NCBI GenBank assembly: GCA_019747735.1
Contig: JAIEQL010000005.1
Location: 28,365-92,364 of the forward strand
Source: Chthoniobacterales bacterium
GTDB taxonomy: Bacteria > Verrucomicrobiota > Verrucomicrobiia > Chthoniobacterales > UBA6821
Length of the DNA: 64,000 nucleotides
Reading direction: 5' to 3'
Shown here: positions 63,247 through 64,000 of the stretch, one piece after another
How the letters are laid out: every line of letters starts with the position of its first letter
Position numbering within the stretch: position 1 is the first letter of the stretch
Translations under genes and position numbers: made by a program
The notes under the pieces: generated by a model
What the model was told of the DNA's origin: nothing
The model's input: only the letters and a program-made list of their open reading frames with translations
The model's database searches: none

Positions 63247-63288
63247 TTTCTGCTATTGCTTTTATCGCTTCCATCCCTGTTAATTTCT
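63247..63288. repeat. Family D 3'-end motif (D5)
   Basis: tttctgctattgcttttatcgcttccatccctgttaatttc, between the znuA-like stop and the folB start. Confidence 0.7.
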
Positions 63289-63312
63289 GTTTTTTGAAGA
63301 ATACCTGAAGCA

Positions 63313-64000
63313 TCACAAAGCACGATCAATTTTTTCTAACTCCGAAAGCATCCAGGTGACATAGTTTTTTTCTGTGAGCGGTTGAGTTTCGGTTACTGCT
63401 ATAATCGGTACGTCTTGCTTTTTAGCAATGGTGAGCAAGCGAGTTGTGGAGGCGTTGCTGGCTTGAATATTGTTAAAAAGAAGCCGCGCTGTTTTTGTTA
63501 AGAGACTTTTTTCCATAGCTACAGTCTGTTGAAAAGTCGGCTCTGTCTCATTCATGATCGCCTGCTGATAACCTTCATTGAGTATTTCCAATCCTAGCGC
63601 TGTGGCCATGTAATTGAAAACAGGCTCTGTAGCGGTCACTTTAACACCGTTGGTCTTGGTGCGCAGCGAAGCAATTTTTTCGTAGAGTGGCTTCATACTT
63701 TCTAAAAAAACTGCCTCTGCTTCTGGCTTGTTTAAAACTTCCGCTAATTTCTTTGCAAGAGCAGGCATGGTGGATGGGTTGTACCAAAGATGCGGATTGT
63801 CTCCCTTCCTGGCATGCATCAGCTCTGCAATGATGATGACAAGACGACTCTTTTTTCCTGGAATTCCTAGTAATTTTTCCATCCAGGAATCATAGCCAAT
63901 CCCATTCTCAATAATGATATCGGCCTGGGCAACAGCTCTGGCAGTCGCAGCATCTGATTGGAACTCGTGAGGATCCTGATTGGGATTACTCATGATGCTA
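63313..64000 (-). CDS. TroA/ZnuA-family metal ABC transporter substrate-binding protein (5' end outside window)
   Basis: ...NQDPHEFQSD... (the DPH.w motif is normally internal), ...DNPHLWYNP..., and the family-typical C-terminal half. The frame stays open to base 64000, so the tracked ATG at 63993 is probably internal. Confidence 0.7.
   Translation of the reverse strand, partial: SIMSNPNQDPHEFQSDAATARAVAQADIIIENGIGYDSWMEKLLGIPGKKSRLVIIIAELMHARKGDNPHLWYNPSTMPALAKKLAEVLNKPEAEAVFLESMKPLYEKIASLRTKTNGVKVTATEPVFNYMATALGLEILNEGYQQAIMNETEPTFQQTVAMEKSLLTKTARLLFNNIQASNASTTRLLTIAKKQDVPIIAVTETQPLTEKNYVTWMLSELEKIDRAL

Overview
This is a gene-dense bacterial chromosomal window, mostly transcribed on the minus strand. 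The organism is diderm: an LPS heptosyltransferase, TolC and an OprB porin are present. The taxon cannot be fixed from sequence alone; the gene set is compatible with the PVC superphylum (low confidence).

Housekeeping content:
- Cell shape and envelope: mreB-mreC-mreD-mrdA, mpl.
- Transport and metabolism: amtB, purS-purQ-purL, pyrD, bioF, ispA, aspC, thiD, folB.
- Information processing: priA, mnmE, cbpA, a stand-alone rpsN, tRNA-Phe.
- A complete MoxR/DUF58/BatA-E (aerotolerance-type) operon in which BatB and BatC form one ORF.

Accessory content:
- A CesT-like secretion-chaperone gene lies upstream of a 915-aa effector/translocator-like protein. No secretion-apparatus genes are in the window.
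- Next to that pair are a CxxC membrane protein and an RCC1-like beta-propeller with a Met-rich tail.
- An intact vapBC module abuts a relaxase gene stump.
- Decayed higBA and hicB modules are present.
- Two PD-(D/E)XK nuclease genes (yhcG, rpn) are arranged divergently.
- A tandem NDK-domain protein is present.

The most striking non-genic signal is a heavy load of short repeats:
- At least seven families of MITE-like or palindromic repeats fill most of the longer intergenic gaps.
- They nest in one another, truncate toxin-antitoxin genes, and donate stop codons, an N-terminal signal-peptide segment and C-terminal tails.
- In one case a full-length 141-bp element sits in frame inside the batB/batC ORF.
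- G-poor repeats with a period of about 7 nt sit immediately upstream of many start codons where a Shine-Dalgarno would be expected.

All calls rest on reading the sequence and the ORF translations. No database search was run.
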